Source: Octopus sinensis (Eukaryota). Taken from it: a stretch of DNA of 64,000 bases. Location: assembly GCF_006345805.1 (NCBI RefSeq), contig NC_043006.1:1674001-1738000 (forward strand). The letters are read 5' to 3'. A program made the position numbers and the translations under genes. Below, piece after piece: positions 47,461-61,180 of the stretch. The number at the start of each line of letters is the position of its first letter. Position 1 is the stretch's first letter. The notes under the pieces are model-generated. The model did no database searches. It was not told where the DNA came from and saw nothing but the letters and a program-made list of their open reading frames with translations.

Positions 47461-47665
47461 TAATATATATACAGTATTTCCCGTCAAAGACACACCCTAA
47501 TTTTGACAACCAAATATTTGAAAAAAATAATAAACATAAAAATAAGGACCCGGCACTTCGGATCTTGTTATCTTTGCAGATGCAACGGGAAAAAAGAACA
47601 TCACAGAACCCTCCAGCACACCACTTAAAATCTTCCTAGCATTTATTTTGGCTGTTCGTCTAACA

Positions 47666-47978
47666 TAGTGGTTCCCAAACCATTCCAGGTTGCTACCCCC
47701 TGGGCACCCAGGCCACATCCCTAGCCCCATCACCACCACCCACCCGCCCACCCACTAAACTCACCACCACAAACATAGACCATGTTCTACAGCAAATTCA
47801 AAGCAATTGTATTTCACAATTAAAAGTTAACATAAATAAACTCATTTGGGAGGGGGGGGAGTATTTTTACATCCATTACCTCATTTCGGCCACCCCATTA
47901 TCCCCACTTTTCTTCAACGCCCTCCTGAGTCTTTCCACCGCCCCCAGGGGGCATTACCACCCACTTTGGGAACCACTG
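47666..47978. mobile_element. hAT-type MITE
   Basis: TIRs tagtggttcccaaa / tttgggaaccactg; 8-bp TSD gtctaaca / gtctgaca (one mismatch). Confidence 0.8.
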
Positions 47979-48287
47979 GTCTGACACTTATTTGTGCTAT
48001 CCCTTACGTTGGCTAACCATGACTGTCTCCCATTTTGACCCCACACTCATATCTAAAACTAACAAAAGGCAACATTTACCCACCTTACCAATTTGTTTTG
48101 TGGGACCATCAGTACAGAGACATGGTATGGTAAGTTTATTCTTGGAGTTTACACCTACCATTATATACCCACTGTACTACTGTAACTACACTACGACAAG
48201 GATGATTTCAGAGGCAGGATAGGGGGGAATGCACCCCTCCCGCCACCACCAACCAAGAAACTTATCAAATTTGACTGTTTTGGGGCT

Positions 48288-48669
48288 GACGTAAAGAATG
48301 TGGACTGCACCCCGCTTTCATTTTTTTTTCTTTCTTTTTACAGAATCCCTCATTTTCGAGTATGGAAATTCTGATTCTGCAAAAAAAAAGGGCATTTTAA
48401 AATTTTGATTCCCTGCCACCCCAAATTCTTCAATTTTCACATTTTTCAGAAATTTTTTTTTTTTTTGCAAAATACATATTTCACAAAAAAAAATCCTGAT
48501 AAAAGTGAAAATTGAAGAATTGTAGGGTGGAGGTGGGGAGGGGGGGGGCGAAAATTTTTAAATGCTTTTTTTTTTTGCTGAATCAGAATTTCCGTACTCG
48601 AAAATGGGGGGGGGGGATTCTGTAAAAACAAAAAAAGAGAATGTGAGTGCAGTCCACATTCTTTACATC
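48288..48669. repeat. Diverged ~380-bp fold-back element
   Basis: gtaaagaatgtggactgcac / gtgcagtccacattctttac and ttttcgagtatggaaattctgatt / aatcagaatttccgtactcgaaaa pair symmetrically. Confidence 0.85.
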
Positions 48670-48824
48670 TGTCCTGTTTTGTTTAAATGGAAAGAATATT
48701 TTTATATCAACAACAAACAACTCTTGGAGGTTCAGCATAAAAATTAATTTCTTCAGTATCTCCCCAAAACCAGAAAAATTATCAGGGTTGTCAATACTGT
48801 CTGAAGTGTCACAATCTTCTTTTA

Positions 48825-49030
48825 TCTTCTACTTATTTCAGTCACTGGTCTGTGGCCATGCTAGAGTATCACCTTGAAGAATTTAGTCGAACAAAGCAAC
48901 ACCAGTGCTTATATTTTAAGTCTTGTACTTATTCTACCAGTCTCTTTTGTCAAACTGCTTAAGGTATAAGGCCATAAACAAACCAACATCAGTTGCCAAG
49001 CAGTGCTGGTGGAATAAATACAAAGACATA
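48825..49030 (-). mobile_element. Diverged family A SINE 3' half
   Basis: tttcagtcactggtctgtggccatgctagag...tacttattctaccagtctcttttg. Confidence 0.7.
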
Positions 49031-49035
49031 CACAT

Positions 49036-49075
<40 letters not shown>

Positions 49076-49253
49076 GTATGTATGTATGCATGTACATACA
49101 AATATAAATACATGCGTATATGTATTTGCGTGTGTGTGTATACATACATATATACAAACAATGCACACGCACAAAATAAAAAAAAATATGAAATGGCAAC
49201 AATTTACCCATCGCACCATGTATATATATATATATATACCACACACATGCACA

Positions 49254-49307
<54 letters not shown>

Positions 49308-49312
49308 TGCAC

Positions 49313-49365
<53 letters not shown>

Positions 49366-49370
49366 TGCAC

Positions 49371-49417
<47 letters not shown>

Positions 49418-49440
49418 TGCACATATATATATATATATAC

Positions 49441-49472
<32 letters not shown>

Positions 49473-49477
49473 TGCAC

Positions 49478-49521
<44 letters not shown>

Positions 49522-49815
49522 GGAGGCTCAATGGCCTAGTGATTAGGGCAGCGGACTCCCGGTCGTAGGATCGCGGTTTCGATTCCCAGACCGGGCGTTG
49601 TGAGTGTTTATTGAGCGAAAACACCTAAAAAAGCTCCACGATGCTCCGGCAGGGGGTGGTGATCCCTGCTGTACTCTTTCACCATTCTTTCTCTCACTCT
49701 TCTGTTGGCCTGCTCGCTTAGCCAGCGGTGTGGCGTCATTTGAAGGCTAAAACAATGCGAACGCATTGTGACCAGCGATGTGTAAAACATCTGATGGTCT
49801 GGTCGGTCACGTGAT

Positions 49816-49822
<7 letters not shown>
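49522..49822 (+). mobile_element. Family D SINE (variant tail as in 42.3-43.1 kb)
   Basis: ggaggctcaatggcctagtgattagggcagcgg, gtttcgattccc; tail ggtcggtcacgtgatcacgtg. Confidence 0.85.
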
Positions 49823-49852
<30 letters not shown>

Positions 49853-49855
<3 letters not shown>

Positions 49856-50439
49856 TAATACCTCCCTTTACAAGGACCCGCTTTACAAGACCTTGGGTTT
49901 AAGAGTTTTATTTTTCAAACACAAGATCTAAATTTTGAATGAAGTGCAAAACATACCAATATTTTTTTGCAATACCATAACAATTTTAGCAAAAGTTTCT
50001 ACAACCATAACAAATGCTTCTGTGTGTTACCAAGAAAATTATAGAGAGCGAAAAAAAAAGCTTTTTCTAAGCAAACAACTTTAGACTTATTTTTTCAAAA
50101 GAAATCTACAAGTCTGTCTACGAGTGCTTGTGAATCGGCAATCATGTCTCCATGTAGTGGTGTGCCTGAGTCTAGTGCAAGTGAAAATGATTATAATGAT
50201 AATATTTTTTTATTACAAACAATCTTGACATTGTTTTTACTTTACATAAAATATTCTTTACATTCTACTGTTGTCTTATTGCCATTTATTTATGAGTATT
50301 ATAAATTTTATAGATGAAATAGTTGTCTGGGAATGAATTGTGATTTATAACATTGCTACTATGTGAAAATATTGGTCTGCTTTAGGAGTTTTCACTTTAA
50401 AGCAATCTCCAGGAACAAATTAGCTCGTAAATCGAGGCA
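49853..50439. mobile_element. Tigger/pogo-like DNA transposon remnant
   Basis: ta|cagtaatacctccctttacaag at left and ctcgtaaatcgagg at right are imperfect TIRs. Confidence 0.5.
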
Positions 50440-50774
50440 GAAAATGGAGAAGCACATTAGTTGGTTCATCAACTTTAGGATATTAAAATGTTGACTTACT
50501 TATTTATCAAAACGATAACCATAACAACATACATACATATAGTATATTATTCTATGCATATAAGATAAGAATACAGCATTTATTAAAAAACATGAATATA
50601 AATGATTAAAATCACTTACAGCTCTCTCAACCCATAGAGAAAAGTATCTCATTCTGCCTATATTAGTGAAGAGTACTGAGGTGATAGGCAGTTGAAAATG
50701 AGGTACTTCTATATATCTCTAGGCCTCATCAGAGATTATGAAGTATAATCAGAAAAATATAAATATATATATAT

Positions 50775-51050
50775 GAAACAATATATATGTATGTTTGTAT
50801 GTATGTATGTATGTGTGTGTGTATGTATGTATGTATGTATGTATGTATGTTTGCATGTATGTATGTATGTATGTATGTATGTATGTATGTATGTATGTAT
50901 GTATGTATGTATGTATGTATGTATGTATGTATGCATGTATGTATGTATGTATGTATGTATGTATGTATATGTATGTATGTATGTTATGTATGTATGTTAT
51001 GTATGTATGTATGTATGTATGTATGTTTGTATGTTTGTATATGTATATAT
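50775..51050. repeat. (TATG)n microsatellite
   Basis: Direct reading. Confidence 0.95.
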
Positions 51051-51571
51051 ATTGTTAAAAACGGAAGAAAGAAAATGGAGAATTATGGATGTATAATTAA
51101 TCTATTTTATATTATGAGGTTGAAAGGTTTTTATAAAAGCAATACAAATGAATTATAAATTACAAATCTCAAAAACAGAAATGGTAGATGCCAAAGACCT
51201 ACCTATATATTTTGATTCATGCCCCTAGGTGATTCATAACTCTAAGCATTTGGGTAGAATCATATGTTAAGAATTGGTCATCATTTTCAAGTATGTGGGG
51301 CAGAATCTCATCAGGGTTTTATGAGCTTATACAACAAAGGTTAACATATTTCTTGAAAGGAATCAGCCACACACATATACATACGTACATGCATACATGC
51401 ATACATACATGTATACATACATACATACATACATACATGTATACATACTTACATGCATACATAAATACATACACATACATACATGCATACATACATACAT
51501 ACATACATACTTACATGCATACATAAATACATACACATACATGCATACATACACATGCATACATACATACG

Positions 51572-51611
<40 letters not shown>

Positions 51612-51643
51612 TATAATATATATATAATACATATATTATATAT

Positions 51644-51685
<42 letters not shown>

Positions 51686-51695
51686 ATATATATAT

Positions 51696-52117
51696 GATGT
51701 GGAAAATATTTCCATCAGCACTGTCCGAATGATGTTGGCATCACCTTCAAAATACATCCAAGGCTTGGACCACGTGCTATCCGTCCACAACAAAAATCTA
51801 AATCGCATCACATAACGACAATACAGCACAACTATTTCACCTCAATTGGACCCGCTCTCTTCAACATTACATCAGGACACGTCAAAACAGAAACTGACCA
51901 CACAAAATTCAAGAAGTCTTTGGACAAATTCCTTCAAACAGTCCCGGACAAACCACCCACACCCGGATATGTCTCCGCAAACAATAACTCTCTGCTCGAA
52001 TGGGCCTTGGTGCCCAAATCCTGAATTGAAAGACTTCGCCAGGTGGTGCTATTAAGTTAGACATGGCCTGGGCAGATACTGGCCAAAACCTTTCTAAGTT
52101 ATTCTAAGTTCTAAGTT
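51696..52117 (+). mobile_element. 5'-truncated CR1/L2-group LINE 3' end with (CTAAGTT)n tail
   Basis: Manual translation 51716-52024: QHCPNDVGITFKIHPRLGPRA...NYFTSIGPALFN...FKKSLDKFLQTVPDKPPTPGY...NNSLLEW...*; tail ctaagttattctaagttctaagtt. Confidence 0.75.
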
Positions 52118-52719
52118 ATATATATATATATATATAGTTTACCCTATTAATCTTCATCTACAGATCCAGGCTATCAGACAGATGGTGATCTGAAGATTGT
52201 TTGTTATATCAAACACCTACCTGGAAATGCACAAATATCTGCAGAGCTTCTACAATTAAAATCAAGGAAAATGGAGAAGAGGCTTCCACACAGTTTCTGT
52301 CTACTAAATTACCCCACCCCCACTCACACAAGCTATGGTCAGCCTGGGACTATAGTAAAAAAACTCTTGCTCAACCTAAAGGGCTGTGCAGTGGGACAAA
52401 AACCCAAACCACAAGCTTGAAAATCCAGCTTCCTTTTTTAGAGGGTGAGAGAGAGAGAGAAAGAGAAAGAGAAGGAGAGCGAGAGAGAGAAACTGAATTA
52501 AGAGTAAAAGAGAGAAAAGGTGTGGATTGTGGAGGAGTGCACACACGCACACACACACACACACACACATGCCAAATATGCATATGCTTACGGCATCAGG
52601 GGAGGGTACCACAGAAACAGTAAATGGTTTATGGCACAAAAGAAATCTCTTTAAACTTGCTTAAATAATATTCGGGATGCATTTTATACTGTACAAGTAT
52701 GGATGCAGGTGTGTTACCT

Positions 52720-52791
52720 AAGATTGATTTTGAGGATCTGATCAAAGACTTTGCAATTAAAAAAAGTAGGAAAAAAGCTTTTCAAATATAA
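52720..52791 (+). pseudogene. Possible hAT transposase extreme C-terminus
   Basis: KIDFEDLIKDFAIKKSRKKAFQI* resembles the end of the hAT dimerisation domain; only 23 aa. Confidence 0.45.
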
Positions 52792-52841
52792 ATTAAGTGC
52801 AATTATACAAAAATAAACATTATTTCCTATCTTGTTGCATT

Positions 52842-53070
52842 TTAACCCTTTAGTGTTCGCATTATTCTGCCAAAATTAATCCTTTTTTATCCACATTGCC
52901 TTGAACTAATCAGGCATTATCTTGTAGCTATGAAATTTTGATGAGGTAGCTGTTAATTTTTAAAACGATATTGTAGGGTTGGTGTGAGAGACCAGATCTG
53001 GCCAGTTTGAACATAAAACAGGCAGAATACTTTTGGCCGGATATGGCCGGTTTAAATGCTAAAGGGTTAA
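52842..53070. mobile_element. piggyBac-like MITE
   Basis: TTAA|ccctttag ... ctaaaggg|TTAA. Confidence 0.8.
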
Positions 53071-53394
53071 ACAATAAAACTTTATTTTATGGTTTATAAT
53101 TGCTAATATTTTGAATTAAATATATATATGGGGGTGCCAAAATCTTTTAAGTGCTTTGCGGATCTTAAAGAGCCCTTACACACACACACACACACCACAC
53201 ACACACACACACACACACGAGCACACACACACACACACACCAGCAGTTGTTTCCAGCTAGGAACAATTCACTTGTAATGCCTGGGGATCCCTGCCCTTTT
53301 GTCGATATCTATGCTATTGCTGTTGTTGTTGTTGTTGTCATTGTCCTCATAGATGTGTGAGGTGGGAAGGGCGATGGGGTGCAAATAGTACAAT

Positions 53395-53623
53395 TGCTAC
53401 CACCACAAACAAGAACTCTGCTACTACTACTACTACAATTACTTCTACAATTACTACAACTATTACTGCAACTACTACCACCACCACCAACAACAACAAC
53501 ACCACCACCACTATCACCACCACCACTACTACTACTACAACCACCACCACCACCACCACTACTACCACTACTACTATTACTACAGCTGATGCTTCTGCTG
53601 CTGTTGCCACTACCACCACCACC

Positions 53624-53670
<47 letters not shown>

Positions 53671-53800
53671 AGCTGATGCTTCTGCTGCTGTTACTACAAC
53701 CATCACTACTACCACCACCACCACCACTACCACCACCACCACCACTACCAAACCACCACCACCACCACTGCCACTACTGCTACTACTACTACTACTACTA
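53395..53800. repeat. Compound (ACT/ACC/ACA)n trinucleotide tract with a duplicated acagctgatgcttctgctgctgtt motif
   Basis: Direct reading; motif at ~53582 and ~53669. Confidence 0.88.
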
Positions 53801-54374
53801 CGAACCATGTGCATTGCCATCATGGTTAATACCATGCCAACCGTCACATACACCCTGCCCTTTTTCTCCCATTCTGTTCACTTGACACAGTCCCACACCC
53901 CACCTCACATCCCCACGTGCCACAGGTGACATATGTCTGTGTGTGTGCGTGTTTGTGAGCGTGCATCTGTGTTTGTATGTGTACACGGTTAGGAGGTGTG
54001 TGTGTGTGTGTGTGTGTATACACTACCCCCAGATGACACTTACCTATGTACATGTGTAGCTGTGAGTCTATCTATGTGTATGAGGGTGTAATTACAAGGG
54101 TATCCATGTATGTGGGTGTTTGTATGAGTGCGGTGGTACACTAGCTGGGGATTATTAGCAAATCCTGTTAAGTAACAGCTGGTAAAGCTCTCTCTCTCTC
54201 TCTCTCTCTTTCCCCCTCTCTCTTTCCCTCTCTCTCTCTCTCCTTCCCTCTCTCTTACTTTCTTTCTCTCTATTGTTTATCCATACGTACAGCCATCTAG
54301 GGTATACAAACACATGTGCATGCATATATAACTTCATGCATATATACCTATGGAACTGTCTGTCTGTCTGTCTG

Positions 54375-54759
54375 TCTGTATGTATGTATGTATGCATGCA
54401 TGCATGTATGTATGTATGTATGTATTTATGTATGTATGTATGTATGTATGTATGTATGTATGTATGTATGTATGTATGTGTGTGTGTGTGTATGTATGAA
54501 CGTATGTATGTATGTATGTATGTATGTATGTATGTATGTATGTATGTAGTATGTATGCATGCATGTATGTATGTATGTATGTATGTATTTATGTATGTAT
54601 GATGTATGTATGTATGTATGTATGCATGTATGTATGTATGTATGTATATGTATGTATGTATGTATGCATGTATGTATGTATGTATGCATGTATGTATGTA
54701 TGTATGTATGTATGTATGTATGTATGTGTGTGTATGTATGTATATATTATGTATGTATG

Positions 54760-54791
<32 letters not shown>

Positions 54792-54858
54792 ACGTATGTA
54801 TGTATGTATGTATGTATGTATGTATGTATGTATGCATGCATGTATGTATGTATGTATG

Positions 54859-54892
<34 letters not shown>

Positions 54893-56015
54893 TGTATGTA
54901 TGCATGCATGCATGCATGTATGTATGTATTTATGTATGTATGTATGTATGTATGTTTGTATGTATATATGTATGTATGTATGTATGAACGTATGTATGTA
55001 TGTACATATGTATGTGTGTATGTATGTATGTATGTATGTATGTATGTATGAACGTATGTATGTATGCATGTATGTATGTATGGTTGTATGTATATATGTA
55101 TGTATGTATGTATGCATGTATGTATGTATGTATGTATGTATGTATGTATTTATGTATGTATGTATGCATGTATGTATGTGTGTATGTATGTATGTACGTA
55201 TGTATGTGTGTATGTATGTATGTGTGTATGTATGAACGTATGTATGTATGTATGTATGTATGTGTGTGTATGTATGTATATATTATGTATGTATGTATGT
55301 ATGTATGTATGTATGAACGTATGTATGTATGTATGAACGTATGTATGTATGCATGTATGTATGTATGTATGTATGTATGTATGTATGTATGTATGCATGC
55401 ATGCATGCATGTATGTATGTATTTATGTATGTATGTATGTATGTTTGTATGTATGTATGCATGTATGTATGTATGTATGTATGTATGTATGTATGTATGT
55501 ATGCATGCATGCATGCATGTATGTATGTATTTATGTATGTACGTATGTATGTATGCATGTATGTATGTATTTATGTATGTATGTATGTATGTATGTTTGT
55601 ATGTATATATGTATGTATGTATGCATGCATGCATGTATGCATGTATGTATGTATGTATGTATGTATGAACGTATGTATGTATGTATGAACGTATGTATGT
55701 ATGTATCTGTGTATGTATGTATGCATGTATGTATGTATGTATGTATGTATGTATGTATGTATGTATGACGTATGTATGATGTATGTATGCATGCATGTAT
55801 GTATGTATGTATGTATGTATGTATGTATGAATGTATGTATGTATGAATGTATGTATGAATGTATGTATGTATGTATGTATGTATGTATGTATGTATGTAT
55901 GTATGTATGATGTATGTATGATGTATGTATGTATGTATGTATGTATGTATGCATGTATGCATGTATGCATGTATATATATATACGTGAGTGTGTATGTAT
56001 GTATGTATGTATGCA
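54375..56015. repeat. ~1.6-kb (TATG)n microsatellite
   Basis: Direct reading; MYVC/HTYI ORFs are by-products. Confidence 0.97.
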
Positions 56016-56235
56016 CAAAGATGTATGTGTATATATTTATTCTTTTATTCTTTCATTTATTTCAGTCATTTGACTGTGGCAATGCTGGAGCACATATCGA
56101 CCCCCGGACATATTCTTCGTAAGCTTAGTACTTATTCTATCGGTCTCTTTTGCCGAACTGCTAAGTTATGGAGTGCATAAACACACCAACATCGGATGTC
56201 AAGTGATGGTGTGGAACAGACACACAAACATATAC

Positions 56236-56270
<35 letters not shown>

Positions 56271-56271
56271 T

Positions 56272-56824
56272 GGCCTCCGTGCCGGTGGCACATAAAAGCA
56301 TAGAAGCACCATCCGTTCGTGTCCGTTGCCAGCCTCGCCTGGCCCCTTGCTGGTTGCACGTAAAAGCACCATCCGTTCGTGGCCTTTTTGCCAGCTCCGT
56401 CTGGCACCTGTGCGGGTGGCACGTAAAAAGCACCCACTACACTCACGGAGTGGTTGGCGTTAGGAAGGGCATCCAGCTGTAGAAACACTGCCAGATCAGA
56501 CTGGGCCTGATGCAGCCTTCTGGCTTCACAGACCCCAGTTGAACTGTCCAACCCATGCTAGCATGGAAAGCGGACGCTAAATGATGATGATGATATATAC
56601 AACAGGGCTTCTTTCAGTTTCTGTCTACCAAATCCACTCACAAGGATTGGTTGACCTGAGGATATAGTAGAAGACACTCGCCCAAGGTGTCACGCAGTGG
56701 GACTGAACCTGGAACCATGTGGTTGGTAAACAAGCTACTTACCACGCAGCCACTCCTGCATGTGTATATATGTATGTATATAAATACATACATACATATA
56801 ATACATACATACAAACATATTACA

Positions 56825-56897
<73 letters not shown>

Positions 56898-57503
56898 TAT
56901 ATATATATATATACATATATATACATATTATATATATATATATATATATGGCCTCCGTGCCGGTGGCACATAAAAGCATAGAAGCACCATCCGTTCGTGT
57001 CCGTTGCCAGCCTCGCCTGGCCCCTTGCTGGTTGCACGTAAAAGCACCATCCGTTCGTGGCCTTTTTGCCAGCTCCGTCTGGCACCTGTGCGGGTGGCAC
57101 GTAAAAAGCACCCACTACACTCACGGAGTGGTTGGCGTTAGGAAGGGCATCCAGCTGTAGAAACACTGCCAGATCAGACTGGGCCTGATGCAGCCTTCTG
57201 GCTTCACAGACCCCAGTTGAACTGTCCAACCCATGCTAGCATGGAAAGCGGACGCTAAATGATGATGATGATATATACAACAGGGCTTCTTTCAGTTTCT
57301 GTCTACCAAATCCACTCACAAGGATTGGTTGACCTGAGGATATAGTAGAAGACACTCGCCCAAGGTGTCACGCAGTGGGACTGAACCTGGAACCATGTGG
57401 TTGGTAAACAAGCTACTTACCACGCAGCCACTCCTGCATGTGTATATATGTATGTATATAAATACATACATACATATAATACATACATACAAACATATTA
57501 CAG

Positions 57504-57582
<79 letters not shown>

Positions 57583-57628
57583 TATATATATATATATATA
57601 CATATATATATACATATATATATATATA

Positions 57629-57660
<32 letters not shown>
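56272..57660. repeat. 678-bp tandem duplication (family C copy + inverted family A head + microsatellite)
   Basis: ggcctccgtgccggtggcacataaaagcatag at 56272 and 56950; following sequence matches apart from (TA)n length. Confidence 0.92.
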
Positions 57661-57664
<4 letters not shown>

Positions 57665-57669
57665 TATAT

Positions 57670-58985
57670 GAAGACCTGTTGAGGCAAGTGTGTGACACTT
57701 GTGAAGACCTGTTGAGGCAAGTGAAAATCAAACCAAATCAAAATAGATGAATATCAATGGAATTTGTATCTTTGTGGTTCCAGTACTGGTGGCACACAAG
57801 AAAACCATCCGAAGTGGCCGTAGCTGGTACCGCATCGACTGGCCTCCGTGCTGTGGGCACAACAAACACCATCTGATCGTGGCCGTTCGCCAGCCTCACC
57901 TGGCACCTGTGTCGGTGGCACATAAAAACACCATCCAAAGACCCGGCGACGTAGTCAGTCCACCTGTGCATACCTTCCCTCTTATGACACTTGTGAAGAC
58001 CTGTTGAGGCAGAGGCAAGTGTGTGACACTTGTGAAGACCTGTTGAGGCAGAGGCAAGTGTGTGACACTTGTGGAGACCTGTTGAGGCAAGTGTGTGACA
58101 CGCGTGACACTTGTGAAGACCTGTTGAGGCAAGTGAAAATCAAACCAAATCAAAATAGATGAACATCAATGGAATTTGTATCTTTGTGGTTCCAGTACCG
58201 GTGGCACACAAGAAAACCATCCGATCGTGGCCGTTCGCCAGCCACATCTGGCACCTGTGTCGGTGGCACATAAAGACACCATCCGAAGACCCGGCGACGT
58301 AGACAGTCCACCTGTGCATACCTTCCTTCTTGTGACACTTGTGAAGACCTGTTGAGGCAAGTGACACTTGTGAAGACCTGTTGAGGCAAGTGAAAATCAA
58401 ATCAAATCAAAACAAATCAAAATAGATGAACATAAATGGAATTTGTATCTTTGTGGTACCAGTGCCGGTGGCACACAAGAAAATCATCCGAACGTGGCCG
58501 TAGCCAGTACCGCATAGACTGGCCTCCGTGCTTTGGGGACGTAACAAACACCATCCGATCGTGGCCGTCCGCCAGCCTCATCTGGCACCTGTGTCGGTGG
58601 CACATAAAAACACCATCCGAGCGTGGCCGTCTGCCAGCCTCGTCTGGCACCTGCCAGCCTCATCTGGCACCTGTGTCGGTGGCACATAAAAACACCATCC
58701 GAGCGTGGCCGTCTGCCAGCCTCGTCTGGCACCTGTGTCGGTGGCACATAAAAACACCATCCGAGCGTGGCCGTTCGCCAGCCTCGTCTGGCACTGTGTC
58801 GGTGGCACATAAAATCACCCACTACACTCTCGGAGTGGTTGGCGTTAGGAAGGGCATCCAGCTGTAGAAACACTGCCAGATCTGACTGGCCTGGTGCAGC
58901 CTTCGGGCTCCCAGACCCCAGTTGAACCGTCCAACCCATGCTAGCATGGAAAACGGACGCTAAATGATGATGATGATGATGATGA
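57670..58985 (+). mobile_element. Long family C element with nested internal tandem modules
   Basis: Repeated gacacttgtgaagacctgttgaggcaagtg subunits, three aaatcaaaatagatgaa...gtggcacacaagaaaa modules, 62-bp subrepeats and the standard family C tail ending gatgatgatg. Confidence 0.85.
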
Positions 58986-58987
58986 TG

Positions 58988-59032
<45 letters not shown>

Positions 59033-59075
59033 AATATATATATATATACACACACATATATATATTATATATATA

Positions 59076-59116
<41 letters not shown>

Positions 59117-59119
<3 letters not shown>

Positions 59120-59293
59120 TGTAATATGTTTGTATGTATGTATTATATGTATGTATGTATTTATATACATACATATATACACATGCAGGAGTGGCTGCGT
59201 GGTAAGTAGCTTGTTTACCAACTACATGGTTCCAGGTTCAGTCCCACTGCGTGACACCTTGGGCGAGTGTCTTCTACTATATCCTCAGGTCAA
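59117..59293 (+). repeat. Inverted local duplicate of 57329-57505 (and 56651-56827)
   Basis: Reverse complement including the flank acatattacagta; one mismatch seen. Confidence 0.9.
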
Positions 59294-59342
59294 ACTTACT
59301 TGGAAATGGATACATGGCATTCACTCCTGCGCCCCACACCAA

Positions 59343-59752
59343 GTGCAGGAGTGGCTGTGTGGTAAGTAGCTTGCTTACCAACCACATGGTTCTGGGTTCA
59401 TTCCCACTGCGTGGCACCTTGGGCAAGTGTCTTCTTCCATAGTCTCGGGTTGACCAAAGCCTTGTGAGTAGATTTGGTAGACGGAAACTGAAAGAAGCCC
59501 GTCGTATATATGTATATATATAAGTATGTGTTTGTATATGTTTATGAGTCTGTGTTTGTCCCCCTCAACATCACTTGACAAACGATGGTGGTGTGTTTGC
59601 ATCCCCGTAACTTAGAGGTTCGGCAAAAGAGACTGATAGAATAAGTACTAGGCTATCAAAGAATAAGTCCTGGGGTCAATTTGCTCAACTAAAGGTGGTC
59701 CTCCAGTATGGCCACAGTCAAATGACTGAAACATGTAAAAGAGTAAAAGAGT
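59343..59752 (+). mobile_element. Full-length family A SINE
   Basis: gcaggagtggctgtgtggtaag...gggttcattccc...aaagagtaaaagagta. Confidence 0.88.
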
Positions 59753-59786
59753 ATATATGCATTATATATATATATATATATAGAAA

Positions 59787-60712
59787 GTTAATCCAAACAA
59801 GAAAGCACAAGTAAAACACAAAAAAACACAACAACGCGAGGACGTGGAACAAATATAGTATTATTGGACGCTCAGGAAAGAAGGAAAGAAGGAGGGTTTA
59901 ACGTTTTGAGCGGAGCTCTTCGTCGGAAACATAGGAGAAGGAAAGGTCCAGAGAAGGGAAGACAGAGGAAAAAAATCGCCAATGGTACACACGCGGTCGG
60001 GTACAGAACATCACAAACAGTAAACAACATGAAATACGAAAACAAATGAGTTGAAAACGCAAACAACGACTGAGCCAAATGGAAAACAGGACAAGAAGCA
60101 TAAAGAGCGACCCTTTATCAGTTGTTGGCTGTCTATCTACTCCTCATTTTGAGCATTGAACAACAATATGAGTCTTCAAAGGCAGTTGCTCCCACAAATA
60201 CCAAAATAAAATTTGGTATTTATGGAGAGCCAAAGTTGAGAATGAACACACATGACCATCGTCCATCTTTCTTTTCCTCATGCGATCATCTTTCTTGTCT
60301 TTCAGGGTTTTCCTAGAAGCTGGACGTATCCTATCTAGCTCTCTCTTCTGTCTTTTCTGTAGTCAAAGAAAACATTTCTCCACCATTCACTATTTTACCC
60401 TCGTTCTGGTCTAACAACCCTCCATGTTTGTTTTCATTTGGTTTCTTGTATGATTCCACTGTCCTGTTTTTGTTCCCAACTTTGACCATCCATAAAATCC
60501 AAACTTTATTTTGGTATTTGTGGGAGCAACTTCGAAGAATCATATTGTGTCATTCAATGCTCAAAATGAGGAGTAGATAAGCAGCTGACACTAACGAAGG
60601 GTCATTCTTTATGTTACTCATCCTGTTTTCTATTTGTTTCTGTCATTGTTTGCATATTCAACTCATTTGTTTTCGTATTTCATGTTGTTTATTGTTTGTA
60701 ACATCCAGTACC
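59787..60712. mobile_element. Non-autonomous PLE-like structure: minus-strand pLTR module (59787-60225) head-to-head with a plus-strand copy (60245-60712)
   Basis: 59787-60000 is the reverse of the 20117-20306 module with hammerhead remnant 59896-59930; 60001-60225 is an inverted, diverged copy of 60490-60712. Confidence 0.8.
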
Positions 60713-61140
60713 CATATATGCATATATATATATACACATATATATATATATATTATGTACAATCAACTAATAAGGGTGAGAAAATTGGATACTAATTTAA
60801 TAGTACATCCATTTAACACCAAGTGGCTCACGTGTGTTTATCGTTATGGTAAAATCTAGCGTGCGGTTGAGTAAATTGTATTCTGGACGGGTTCGGCTGA
60901 AGAGCTACAGATATGTTGTGTGAGTAAAATTACATAATTTATTAATAGCGTAACAATTGTCCTGAACTAATCTGCATTTTTGTTATTTTTATTTGCCCTG
61001 TTCGTTTGCACTAGTAGTTGTGCTAACTTTCATCGGAAACAATTCTTTGTGGTTGAAACCTAGCGGATCTATTTTTAGTGCTAGAGTCGACCACATAGTG
61101 GTTACTCTCTTATATTTATGTATATATATTACGTATATAC

Positions 61141-61180
<40 letters not shown>

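Noticed and set aside
53347-53929. Mucin-like poly-Thr protein (also poly-V/H at 20773-21297)
   Set aside because: Compound trinucleotide microsatellite open in several frames on both strands; no signal peptide, splice sites or unique domain.
61010-61040. Minus-strand CCGATGA...GCAC/GTGC...GAAC motif
   Set aside because: GAAA box incomplete and no helix III/I pairing.
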